Origin: Octopus sinensis
Lineage: Eukaryota
DNA: 64,000 nt
Direction: 5' to 3'
Assembly: GCF_006345805.1 (NCBI RefSeq)
Contig: NC_043026.1
Coordinates: 8,618,001-8,682,000 of the forward strand
Shown here: piece by piece, positions 10,274 through 22,131 of the stretch
Position numbering within the stretch: position 1 is the stretch's first letter
How the letters are laid out: the number at the start of each line of letters is the position of its first letter
Made by a program: the position numbers and the translations under genes
The notes under the pieces: generated by a model
Seen by the model: only the letters and a program-made list of their open reading frames with translations
Told to the model about the DNA's origin: nothing
Databases searched by the model: none

Positions 10274-13200
10274 GGAAGGGCATCCAGCTGTAGAAACTCT
10301 GCCAGATCAAGACTGGAGCCTGGTGCAGCCTCTTGTTTGCCAGACCTCAGTCAAATCGTCCAACCCATGCTAGCATTAGGAAGGGCATCCAGCTGTAGAA
10401 ACTCTGCCAGATCAAGACTGGAGCCTGGTGCAGCCATCTGGTTCACCAGACCTCAGTCAAATCGTCCAACCCATGCTAGCATTAGGAAGGGCATCCAGCT
10501 GTAGAAACTCTGCCAGATCAAGACTGGAGCGTGGTGCAGCCATCTGGTTCGCCAGACCTCAGTCAAATCGTCCAACCCATGCTAGCATTAGGAAGGGCAT
10601 CCAGCTGTAGAAACTCTGCCAGATCAAGACTGGAGCCTGGTGCAGCCTCTGGTTTGCCAGACCTCAGTCAAATCGTCCAACACATGCTAGCATTAGGAAG
10701 GGCATCCAGCTATAGAAACTCTGCCAGATCAAGACTGGAGCCTGGTGCAGCCATCTGGTTCACCAGACCTCAGTCAAATCGTCCAACCCATGCTAGCATT
10801 AGGAAGGGCATCCAGCTGTAGAAACTCTGCCAGATCAAGACTGGAGCCTGGTGCAGCTCTGGTTTGCTAGACCTCAGTCAAATCGTCCAACCCATGCTAG
10901 CATTGGGAAGGGCATCCAGCTGTAGAAACTCTGCCAGATCAAGACTGGAGCCTGGTGCAGCCTCTGGTTTGCCAGACCTCAGTCAAATCGTCCAACCCAT
11001 GCTAGCATTGGGAAGGGCATCCAGCTGTAGAAACTCTGCCAGATCAAGACTGGAGCCTGGTGCAGCCTCTGGTTTGCCAGACCTCAGTCAAATCGTCCAA
11101 CCCATGCCAGCATTAGGAAGGGCATCCAGCTGTAGAAACTCTGCCAGATCAAGACTGGAGCCTGGTGCAGCCATCTGGTTCACCAGACCTCAGTCAAATC
11201 GTCCAACCCATGCTAGCATTAGGAAGGGCATCCAGCTGTAGAAACTCTGCCAGATCAAGACTGGAGCCTGGTGCAGCCTCTGGTTTGCCAGACCTCAGTC
11301 AAATCGTCCAACCCATGCTAGCATTGGGAAGGGCATCCAGCTGTAGAAACTCTGCCAGATCAAGACTGGAGCCTGGTGCAGCCTCTGGTTTGCCAGACCT
11401 CAGTCAAATCGTCCAACCCATGCTAGCATTAGGAAGGGCATCCAGCTGTAGAAACTCTGCCAGATCAAGACTGGAGCCTGGTGCAGCCATCTGGTTCACC
11501 AGACCTCAGTCAAATCGTCCAACCCATGCTAGCATTAGGAAGGGCATCCAGCTGTAGAAACTCTGCCAGATCAAGACTGGAGCCTGGTGCAGCCATCTGG
11601 TTCACCAGACCTCAGTCAAATCGTCCAACCCATGCTAGCATTAGGAAGGGCATCCAGCTGTAGAAACTCTGCCAGATCAAGACTGGAGCCTGGTGCAGCC
11701 ATCTGGTTCACCAGACCTCAGTCAAATCGTCCAACCCATGCTAGCATTAGGAAGGGCATCCAGCTGTAGAAACTCTGCCAGATCAAGACTGGAGCGTGGT
11801 GCAGCCATCTGGTTCGCCAGACCTCAGTCAAATCGTCCAACCCATGCTAGCATTAGGAAGGGCATCCAGCTGTAGAAACTCTGCCAGATCAAGACTGGAG
11901 CCTGGTGCAGCTCTGGTTTGCCAGACCTCAGTCAAATCGTCCAACCCATGCTAGCATTAGGAAGGGCATCCAGCTGTAGAAACTCTGCCAGATCAAGACT
12001 GGAGCCTGGTGCAGCCTCTGGTTTGCCAGACCTCAGTCAAATCGTCCAACCCATGCTAGCATTGGGAAGGGCATCCAGCTGTAGAAACTCTGCCAGATCA
12101 AGACTGGAGCCTGGTGCAGCCTCTGGTTTGCCAGACCTCAGTCAAATCGTCCAACCCATGCTAGCATTAGGAAGGGCATCCAGCTGTAGAAACGCTGCCA
12201 GATCAAGACTGGAGCCTGGTGCAGCCATCTGGTTCACCAGACCTCAGTCAAATCGTCCAACCCATGCTAGCATTAGGAAGGGCATCCAGCTGTAGAAACT
12301 CTGCCAGATCAAGACTGGAGCCTGGTGCAGCCTCTGGTTTGCCAGACCTCAGTCAAATCGTCCAACCCATGCTAGCATTAGGAAGGGCATCAAGCTGTAG
12401 AAACTCTGCCAGATCAAGACTGGAGCCTGGTGCAGCCATCTGGTTCACCAGACCTCAGTCAAATCGTCCAACCCATGCTAGCATTAGGAAGGGCATCCAG
12501 CTGTAGAAACTCTGCCAGATCAAGACTGGAGCCTGGTGCAGCAATCTGGTTCACCAGACCTCAGTCAAATCGTCCAACCCATGCTAGCATTAGGAAGGGC
12601 ATCCAGCTGTAGAAACTCTGCCAGATCAAGAATGGAGCCTGGTGCAGCCTCTGGTTTGCCAGACCTCAGTCAAATCGTCCAACCCATGCTAGCATTAGGA
12701 AGGGCATCCAGCTGTAGAAACTCTGCCAGATCAAGACTGGAGCCTGGTGCAGCCATCTGGTTCACCAGACCTCAATCAAATCGTCCAACCCATGCTAGCA
12801 TTAGGAAGGGCATCCAGCTGTAGAAACTCTGCCAGATCAAGACTGGAGCCTGGTGCAGCCTCTGGTTTGCCAGACCTCAGTCAAATCGTCCAACCCATGC
12901 TAGCATTAGGAAGGGCATCCAGCTGTAGAAACTCTGCCAGATCAAGACTGGAGCCTGGTGCAGCTTCTGGTTCACCAGACCTCAGTCAAATCGTCCAACC
13001 CATGCTAGCATTAGGAAGGGCATCCAGCTGTAGAAACTCTGCCAGATCAAGACTGGAGCCTGGTGCAGCCATCTGGTTCCCCAGACCTCAGTCAAATCGT
13101 CCAACCCATGCTAGCATTAGGAAGGGCATCCAGCTGTAGAAACTCTGCCAGATCAAGACTGGAGCCTAGTGCAGCCTCTGGTTTGCCAGACCTCAGTCAA

Positions 13201-16170
13201 ATCGTCCATCCCATGCTAGCATAAGAAGGGCATCCAGCTGTAGAAACTCTGCCAGATCAAGACTGGAGCCTGGTGCAGCCTCTGGTTTGCCAGACCTCAG
13301 TCAAATCGTCCAACCCATGCAAGCATTAGGAAGGGCATCCAGCTGTAGAAACTCTGCCAGATCAAGACTGGAGCCTGGTGCAGCCTCTGGTTTGCCAGAC
13401 CTCAGTCAAATCGTCCAACCCATGCTAGCATTAGGAAGGGCATCCAGCTGTAGAAACTCTGCCAGATCAAGAATGGAGCCTGGTGCAGCCTCTGGTTTGC
13501 CAGACCTCAGTCAAATCGTCCAACCCATGCTAGCATTAGGAAGGGCATCCAGCTGTAGAAACTCTGCCAGATCAAGACTGGAGCCTGGTGCAGCCATCTG
13601 GTTCACCAGACCTCAATCAAATCGTCCAACCCATGCTAGCATTAGGAAGGGCATCCAGCTGTAGAAACTCTGCCAGATCAAGACTGGAGCCTGGTGCAGC
13701 CTCTGGTTTGCCAGACCTCAGTCAAATCGTCCAACCCATGCTAGCATTAGGAAGGGCATCCAGCTGTAGAAACTCTGCCAGATCAAGACTGGAGCCTGGT
13801 GCAGCTTCTGGTTCACCAGACCTCAGTCAAATCGTCCAACCCATGCTAGCATTAGGAAGGGCATCCAGCTGTAGAAACTCTGCCAGATCAAGACTGGAGC
13901 CTGGTGCAGCCATCTGGTTCCCCAGACCTCAGTCAAATCGTCCAACCCATGCTAGCATTAGGAAGGGCATCCAGCTGTAGAAACTCTGCCAGATCAAGAC
14001 TGGAGCCTAGTGCAGCCTCTGGTTGCCAGACCTCAGTCAAATCGTCCATCCCATGCTAGCATAAGAAGGGCATCCAGCTGTAGAAACTCTGCCAGATCAA
14101 GACTGGAGCCTGGTGCAGCCTCTGGTTTGCCAGACCTCAGTCAAATCGTCCAACCCATGCAAGCATTAGGAAGGGCATCCAGCTGTAGAAACTCTGCCAG
14201 ATCAAGACTGGAGCCTGGTGCAGCCTCTGGTTTGCCAGACCTCAGTCAAATCGTCCAACCCATGCTAGCATTAGGAAGGGCATCCAGCTGTAGAAACTCT
14301 GCCAGATCAAGACTGGAGCCTGGTGCAGCCTCTGGTTCACCAGACCTCAGTCAAATCGTCCAACCCATGCTAGCATTAGGAAGGGCATCCAGCTGTAGAA
14401 ACTCTGCCAGATCAAGACTGGAGCCTGGTGCAGCCATCTGGTTCCCAGACCTCAGTCAAATCGTCCAACCCATGCTAGCATTAGGAAGGGCATCCAGCTG
14501 TAGAAACTCTGCCAGATCAAGACTGGAGCCTGGTGCAGCCTCTGGTATGCCAGACCTCAGTCAAATCGTCCACCCATGCTAGCATTAGGAAGGGCATCCA
14601 GCTGTAGAAACTCTGCCAGATCAAGACTGGAGCCTGGTGCAGCCATCTGGTTCACCAGACCTCAGTCAAATCGTCCAACCCATGCTAGCATTAGGAAGGG
14701 CATCCAGCTGTAGAAACTCTGCCAGATCAAGACTGGAGCCTGGTGCAGCCATCTGGTTCACCAGACCTCAGTCAAATCGTCCAACCCATGCTAGCATTAG
14801 GAAGGGCATCCAGCTGTAGAAACTCTGCCAGATCAAGACTGGAGCCTGGTGCAGCCATCTGGTTCACCAGACCTCAGTCAAATCGTCCAACCCAGGCTAG
14901 CATTAGGAAGGGCATCCAGCTGTAGAAACTCTGCCAGATCAAGACTGGAGCCTGGTGCAGCCATCTGGTTCACCAGACCTCAGTCAAATCGTCCAACCCA
15001 TGCTAGCATTAGGAAGGGCATCCAGCTGTAGAAACTCTGCCAGATCAAGACTGGAGCCTGGTGCAGCCATCTGGTTCACCAGACCTCAGTCAAATCGTCC
15101 AACCCAGGCTAGCATTAGGAAGGGCATCCAGCTGTAGAAACTCTGCCAGATCAAGACTGGAGCCTGGTGCAGCCATCTGGTTCACCAGACCTCAGTCAAA
15201 TCGTCCATCCCAGGCTAGCATTAGGAAGGGCATCCAGCTGTAGAAACTCTGCCAGATCAAGACTGGAGCCTTGCAGCCATCTGGTTCACCAGACCTCAGT
15301 CAAATCGTCCAACCCATGCTAGCATTAGGAAGGGCATCCAGCTGTAGAAACTCTGCCAGATCAAGACTGGAGCCTGGTGCAGCCATCTGGTTCCCCAGAC
15401 CTCAGTCAAATCGTCCAACCCATGCTAGCATTAGGAAGGGCATCCAGCTGTAGAAACTCTGCCAGATCAAGACTGGAGCCTGGTGCAGCCATCTGGTTCA
15501 CCAGACCTCAGTCAAATCGCCCAACCCATGCTAGCATTAGGAAGGGCATCCAGCTGTAGAAACTCTGCCAGATCAAGACTGGAGCCTGGTGCAGCCATCT
15601 GGTTCCCCAGACCTCAGTCAAATCGTCCAACCCATGCTAGCATTAGGAAGGGCATCCAGCTGTAGAAACTCTGCCAGATCAAGACTGGAGCCTGGTGCAG
15701 CCTCTGGTTTGCCAGACCTCAGTCAAATCGTCCAACCCATGCTAGCATTAGGAAGGGCATCCATCTGTAGAAACTCTGCCAGATCAAGACTGGAGCCTGG
15801 TGCAGCCATCTGGTTCACCAGACCTCAGTCAAATCGTCCAACCCATGCTAGCATTAGGAAGGGCATCCAGCTGTAGAAACTCTGCCAGATCAAGACTGGA
15901 GCCTGGTGCAGCCATCTGGTTCCCAGACCTCAGTCAAATCGTCCAACCCATGCTAGCATTAGGAAGGGCATCCAGCTGTAGAAACTCTGCCAGATCAAGA
16001 CTGGAGCCTGGTGCAGCCTCTGGTTTGCCAGACCTCAGTCAAATCGTCCAACCCATGCTAGCATTAGGAAGGGCATCCAGCTGTAGAAACTCTGCCAGAT
16101 CAAGACTGGAGCCTGGTGCAGCCATCTGGTTCCCCAGACCTCAGTCAAATCGTCCAACCCATGCTAGCAT
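10274..16170 (+). repeat. Tandem satellite, ~56 units of 105/106 bp, amplified inside a (GAT)n-tailed retroelement 3' end (family D)
   Basis: Unit GGCATCCAGCTGTAGAAACTCTGCCAGATCAAGACTGGAGCCTGGTGCAGCC(A)TCTGGTT..CCAGACCTCAGTCAAATCGTCCAACCCATGCTAGCATTAGGAAG. The element's 5' part precedes the array (~10140) and GGAAAGTGGACTCTAAAC(GAT)n follows it (16171-16206). Confidence 0.97.
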
Positions 16171-16299
16171 GGAAAGTGGACTCTAAACGATGATGATGAT
16201 GATGATATTTCTTGGAATTTCACAACAGATTCCTCCTCCAACGTAATCTACGTTATCTGGAGTGTATTTGCAGAAAATTCCATGAAAAAAATTGTCAAT

Positions 16300-17240
16300 C
16301 TTCGTAAATTACAAGGAAAGAAACTGATTGTAAGCATCGCCTCATCATTTATTTATTGCAATACAAAATGATGAGGCGATGCTTACAATGTAATCACTTC
16401 AAACAGGTTTGAAAAAGACATAAGGAGAAATTGGCAATTACTCATTTTGCCCCGCTTACTAATTTCGTCCTCTTCCCTATATCAAGTGACAAATATTCGA
16501 TAAATTATAATAAAGCATGGGATTCTCAACATTTCTGTGGTTGGAGTTTATTTGGGAACATTTCTCAAACTAAAACAGAACAAATGAACGTAGAAACGAT
16601 GGAACGTGTAGGTAGAAATGAGGAATTACTCATTTTGCCCCGCTTACTAATTATGTCCTCTTACCTTATATCAAGAAACAAGGGTTCGATAAATTATAAT
16701 AAAGCATTGGATTCTCAGCATTTCTGTGGTTGGAGTTTATTTTAAGAACATTTCTCCACCTAAAACACACAACAAACAAACTTAAAGAAGAAACGATGGA
16801 GCGTGTAGGAGGTTGCCGCCATAGCTAGAAATAGCAGCCAAATGTGGAACAGATCAAAGGACATCTGAGACACCAAAGTATTAAAAGATTAAATGTTTTC
16901 GTTGTTTAATACTTACGGAAATGTCTTTATAAAGGATGGTGTTGTTGTTGGAAGTGCGTCAGGTGGTTGAGAAATGTATTATAAATGTGTTTGGGATTTA
17001 ATTGAGAGAAATTCTGGCATCAGTCGCAACAGACTTGACAGAGGCGGAAGTACGTTTAGTGCGCATGCGTATGAAATATTGGGTTCAAATTTTGGCACAA
17101 GGCCGGCAATTTTGGGGGAGGGGTAGGGCGTGAATCGATTCCATAAAAAAGGATATTTTCTAATGAAATTTCCAGCAAATACGCTTCCGATGCTGTAGAT
17201 TACGACTGTATTGAAATTTGTTGGGAAAAAATCGTTTTAA
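16300..17240 (+). repeat. Unclassified interspersed repeat with internal ~190-bp duplication (AATTACTCATTTTGCCC module)
   Basis: Homologous blocks at ~28055-28500 and ~63400-64000. Confidence 0.75.
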
Positions 17241-17337
17241 CGAAGATGGGAAGAAAGTTTCTGAAATTTTACAGAAGTCAGCTTTCTTTTCTCATAATTT
17301 TCAGAAAAAATAGGGGATCTTTTCCGAGATTTTTCTA

Positions 17338-17769
17338 GGCGATCTTTCGTCTCTGGTAGACCTTTCCGTCGATTTCCGTAAAATTTTTTTTTTTTTTTTT
17401 TTTTTACATATGGGCTTGCGGGAACTTTTGAAGTAATATACATACATATACACATACACCGAGTAAAAAATTTCAGTTATCTCTTTCTTTCACACATTAC
17501 TCTGTCTCTTCACAAACACTAACAGAAGCACTTCACTTACACAACATACTGTCTGTCTCCCACACCCCATCAAACACACACACACACACACATGTACATC
17601 AATGCTTGCCATGGACGGTAACTTCAAAAGAACTTCCCTCGTCATACAATCGCTTTCTCTTAGTCTCTTTCGCTCTCATTACTTCAAAAGTTCCCGCAAG
17701 CCCATATGTAAAAAAAAAAAAAATTTTACGGAAATCGACGGAAAGGTCTACTAGAGACGAAAGATTGCC
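17338..17769. mobile_element. Merlin-type MITE, family A
   Basis: ~100-bp TIRs starting GGC(G/A)ATCTTTCG and an 8-bp TSD TTTTTCTA (17330-17337 and 17770-17777). Inverted copy at 27624-28047. Confidence 0.85.
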
Positions 17770-18054
17770 TTTTTCTACAACCACCTTCCAGAGAGGGTTT
17801 AGATTACGCTTGTATCTGAATTTAATAAGAGAAATAAAAGTAATTTCATTTGCTCGTATACATACATACAGGCAAACTTCTAAATTTCAAGGTTTGTTTT
17901 GAGATATGTGTCAGTATGTATGTGTAGATCCCATCGATTCTTTTCCTTTTCCACAAGAAAGTCCGATGCAATCGTAATCTACACCATGTGAAGGGTATTT
18001 ATACAATATTTCGTTAAGAAATATCCATTTTCCAGAGAGTTATGATGAAACAAG

Positions 18055-18544
18055 GGATCTTTTCCTTTTGAACGGCAGATGTCAACACAATTTCTAGTTA
18101 ACTAAACTTTTTAACTTCGTATACTGGTAGAATGTGTTTATAAACATTTTTTTTTTTCTTGGCTTTCTTGAGAAAATTGTAATTTGTTTGTTTAACGTAG
18201 TTTAATTTTTTGAATTTTAACCAATCCTATGCTCTCTTTTGAACTAAAATCATTTGCTGTGTCTAAAACTGAGACATCCTGTAACTAACCCTAACCCTAA
18301 ATATTTTTTTCTTAATAGTTAAATTAATTTAATTGTTACGAGTGAAAAAAAACTAAAATCGATTGGTTAAAATTGCCGAAATGCTCGGATTTTCAGACGA
18401 AATATCTTACAAACTATATAATTTTCTCAATAAAGCCAAGAGGAAAAGATGTTTTATAAACACATTCTACCAGTATACGAAGTTTAAAAGTGTTTAGTTA
18501 CGTGGAAATCGTGTTGACATCTGCCGTTCAAAAGGAAGAGATCC
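18055..18544. mobile_element. Merlin-type MITE, family B
   Basis: ~125-bp TIRs GGATCT...AGATCC, flanks GAAACAAG / AAAACAAG (8-bp TSD, one mismatch). Further TIR pieces at ~42608-42726 and 45837-46378. Confidence 0.8.
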
Positions 18545-19635
18545 AAAACAAGGTGCACTCATATTCGTTTTCCGAATCACCTCACCTCACCCTCGCAAAG
18601 AAGTGTTTCAGTTCTACAGTGACCCAGTTTCGAGACATTCTCATCAAGCCCTTTTCCTTCTGTATATATTTAGAGAAAGATTGAGATAAGGAGAGATAAG
18701 TTGAGAGGAAGAAAGAGAAGCTGCCATTTTGTGATTGCACGTTTTGTGGTCAATATCCTGAAATTAGCACGTATTGTCAATATTTGTAAACGTGTTTCGT
18801 AGTTTGAAGCATTCAATAAGCATTTAAAACGTTATTTAGTTGTTATTTTTAGCACACCTCACAACCACTTCAATGGCAAAATAAACGAGAAAACAAGTAG
18901 TTTTAAGTATTCGATATTTGGCGATCCTTCGGTATCATAACTGCCAATTATAAACCGACGTGGGTTTATTTACATTTCTGAAGAAAAAAGAAAGGATATT
19001 TTCGGTTTGAACAGCAGTTTTTTTTTTTTCTAGCGGTGTCATATGAAATTGTCACCCATAATTATGACCCTAGTATCGATCTATTGCATTTCAATCTGTT
19101 TTAGGGCTAGGGGTGGAGGGAAGGGTATCTTTTTTTCTTCAGAAATGTAAATAAACCCAATCTGTTTCTTAAAGGAGGGACATATTCATATGGCACAGAA
19201 CATTATTTACCTAAATGGAGGTATTCGTCCGTTTTCCATGCTAGCATGGGTTGGACGGTTCGACCGGAGTCTGGGAAGCCAGAAGGCTGCACCAAGCTGC
19301 AGTGTTTCTACAGCTGGATGCCCTTCCTAATGGCATTAGGAATCATCACCCTCACCCTAATCATGTGAAAGCATTACTGACAGGCTAAGTAACGTAATGA
19401 CAAGCAAAGCAGAACTATTATAAGATTATACATATGATATATATATATGTGTATATATAATACCATACTAAATTCTGGTGCCTTCAACTTAAGTACCATA
19501 TTCATCTGAATCTATCTATCTATATATATACACACACACAACTAATTTACAGGGATGTAACCACACCGACACCAGTTGTCAAGCAATACTGGGAGATAAA
19601 CGGAGACAGAAAGACACACATATATATATAATGAG

Positions 19636-20137
19636 TGTTGGTTATAATTTTCGCTTGAGTTAACTGTGGCTGGTTCATCTTGATGTACCTGTGTGTTGGT
19701 TATGGATTAACTGGTCTAGTCTGTCTGCCTGGAGTTACCGAATACAAAAGAATGACAAGAACCACGTAAATTCAATGCGATTTATTTATTACAACCCTTT
19801 ATAAAAATACATGGCAAATATCTTACATATTGTGAAGTAACAGGTTTGGCAAGTTTTAACGAACTCTATCTGGAATGGTGGAAGTTGTATCACAGTTGAA
19901 ATTCTGTAGCATCTTCCTGGTTTGGTTGTGTGTGCTGGGCAGCATCAGTTGTTATAATCTCATCTCTCTCTGCCCAAAAGTTTGGGGGGCTGTTCCTCAT
20001 ACAATGACTGGTGCTCAGGAAGAGAATTTTTCTGCTTTGGAAGAAAAACTGTTGCTCATACACCAATCGGCTAATTAAGACCATTAGATCTTTGCAACAG
20101 ATTTAGTCCAACCCTAATCATGTCATCAATGTCGACA
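19636..20137 (-). mobile_element. Solo LTR (short variant), copy 2
   Basis: Homologous to 4246-5193 but lacks the internal ~430-bp block. Ends ...GTCGACA. TATA motif is mutated. Confidence 0.7.
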
Positions 20138-20575
20138 ATATTGGAATACGTCCATCGTCATCATCATTTAATGTCTGTTGTCCATGCTGGCATGGAGTAG
20201 CAAACTGGAAGGCTGGACCAAACTCTAGTCTGGTTTGGCCTGTTTTCCATGGCTGGATGCCATTCCAAACACGAACCATTCAATGTGTAACGGGTGCTTT
20301 TATGTGCCACCAGCATGGGTGCCATTTGCATGAAACCAGTAACTGCTTACTACATATATAAATAATGGGTTTCTTTCAGTTTCCTTCAAACAAACCCACT
20401 CACAAGGGTTTGTTTGGCCTGGGCTTTATAGTAGAAAAGATCTGCCCTAAGTGCCATGCAGTGGGACTGATCCTAGAACCATGTAGTTGAGAATTAAGCT
20501 TCTTACCACACAGCCACACCTATTACTTTTAACAAAATTCATGCAAAACAAATACAAAATTTGGAGGAAATTGCT

Positions 20576-20611
20576 TTTATTAAAAAAAATATCCCACAGG
20601 TAAGTTACCTG
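20576..20611 (-). promoter_or_regulatory. Putative polyA signal of ZNF2 with upstream hairpin
   Basis: CAGGTAAGTTACCTG at 20597-20611 (plus strand) and TTTATT at 20576-20581. Confidence 0.6.
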
Positions 20612-20971
20612 AGATGTGGTGACATAAACTATAGAGTTGGGAGGTTATCACACGCTGTTCTACCTCCTCTCCTGTGTGAATACATTTACAGTTACAGAGT
20701 GTCCCTTTTCTTTCTTTGGCCTAAAAGGAGCTTTGACAATTACAGCAATTCCCTGATGAATAGTTTGGTTAATGCCAAGGAGAAAGCCCACAACACTATC
20801 ACCAATTTAGGAGGAGCTCAAAATGCTTATTGTTCTTATGAATTGTCACATTGATAGTCATACATCTATATGAATAGATACACATTTAGTTAACACCAGA
20901 AGTACCGAGCAGTCATTTTTCACCAATTCTGCTTATTACTTTTTTAATTTCTACAACTGTATTGAATGTGC

Positions 20972-21360
20972 GTGGAGGCGCAATGGCCCAGTGGTTAGGG
21001 CAGCGGACTCGCAGTCATAGGATCGCGGTTTTGATTCCCAGACCGGGCGTTGAGAGTGTTTATTGAGCGAAAACACCTAAAAGCTCCACGAGGCTCCGGC
21101 AGGGGATGGTGGTGATCCCTGCTGTACTCTTTCACCACAACTTTCTCTCACTCTTACTTTCTGTTTCTGTTGTACCTGTATTTCAAGGGTCCGGCCTTGT
21201 CACTCTCTGTGTCATGCTGAATATCCCCGAGAACTACTTTAAGGGTGCACGTGTCTGTGGAGTGCTCAGCCACTTACACGTTAATTTCACGAGCAGGCTG
21301 TTCCGTTGATTCGGATCAACCGGAACCCTCATCGTCGTAACCGACGGAGTGCTTCCATCC
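20972..21360 (+). mobile_element. tRNA-derived SINE family C, full length, in the ZNF2 3'UTR
   Basis: Head GGAGGCGCAATGGCCCAGTGG..GGTTTTGATTCCC and an 11-bp TSD ATTGAATGTGC (20961 and 21361). Empty site in the paralog at ~57055. Confidence 0.9.
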
Positions 21361-21737
21361 ATTGAATGTGCAATCATGAGCGTCATTTTATTATGTGTAT
21401 AGATATATATTTTTCACATGTAAATAAATGCTAAAAGAATGTATTTTCAAATCCTTTATTCAATGCATTTGCTGATATTTAAAATAAATTGTATTAAATG
21501 TGATTTTCAATGACAGTCAAAAATGGCCCCCTATGGTCCTTGTAGGAAGTAAGAAATGTTGGTACATCTAGTATCCACTCTTCAGCATTTAAACTAGCCA
21601 TAGCTGGCCTAAATATTCCACCTATTTTATGTTCAAACTACCCAGAAACGGCCTCTTACACCTACCCTACAATGTCATTCTGTAAATACACAATTACATC
21701 ATCAACCCTTGAAAGCTGTGAGTTAATGCATGACAAA

Positions 21738-22037
21738 TCTTTATATATAAAACTGAAGTTGTGTGAGAGTCTGTCTCCTCCGATTTAGATTCCTAACTAC
21801 TCCCACATTTTGCGGAGCAGTTTAACCAAAAGCGGGTATCTTATAGTCGTGATTCATATCGAGCCCTTCTGGGTATTAGCACGCATCTACAATGAGTCTA
21901 CGATTTAAAAAGAAATTTACCATCATTTTTCAGATTTTTAATGCATTTTTTTGCTCGGTTTATATAAGTAACTCTCTAAAAATGCTTATATAGTTATTTC
22001 CCTTACAAACCCAAGCAACGCCAGGCGATACTGCTAG
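21738..22037 (+). mobile_element. Non-autonomous Helitron inserted in the old piggyBac-like MITE (21578-22097)
   Basis: 5' TC, 3' CTAG with a subterminal GC hairpin-like motif, inserted at A^T with no TSD. Paralogs read GACAAA^TTGAAAAT uninterrupted (~6396, ~53678). Confidence 0.9.
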
Positions 22038-22131
22038 TTGAAAATAATTTGAAGAAATAAACATCACATCCGACAGAATAATCTGCATGGTAAAAGGTTA
22101 ACTAACCAATTACAGAGAGAGAAAGCTTTTC

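Noticed and set aside
10274-16170. CRISPR array, or coding repeat ORFs (MQPSGSPDLSQ...)
   Set aside because: Head-to-tail identical units with no unique spacers, no cas genes and a eukaryotic context. The ORFs are frame-hopping by-products of a 105/106-bp unit.
10274-16170. Ribozyme-containing satellite (like newt or schistosome satellites)
   Set aside because: No CUGANGA/GAAA core with compatible helices found on either strand of the unit.
18285-18300. Telomeric (CCCTAA)n / (TTAGGG)n motifs here and at ~30210 and ~45737
   Set aside because: Only about two units, embedded in MITE or repeat bodies; not an interstitial telomere array.
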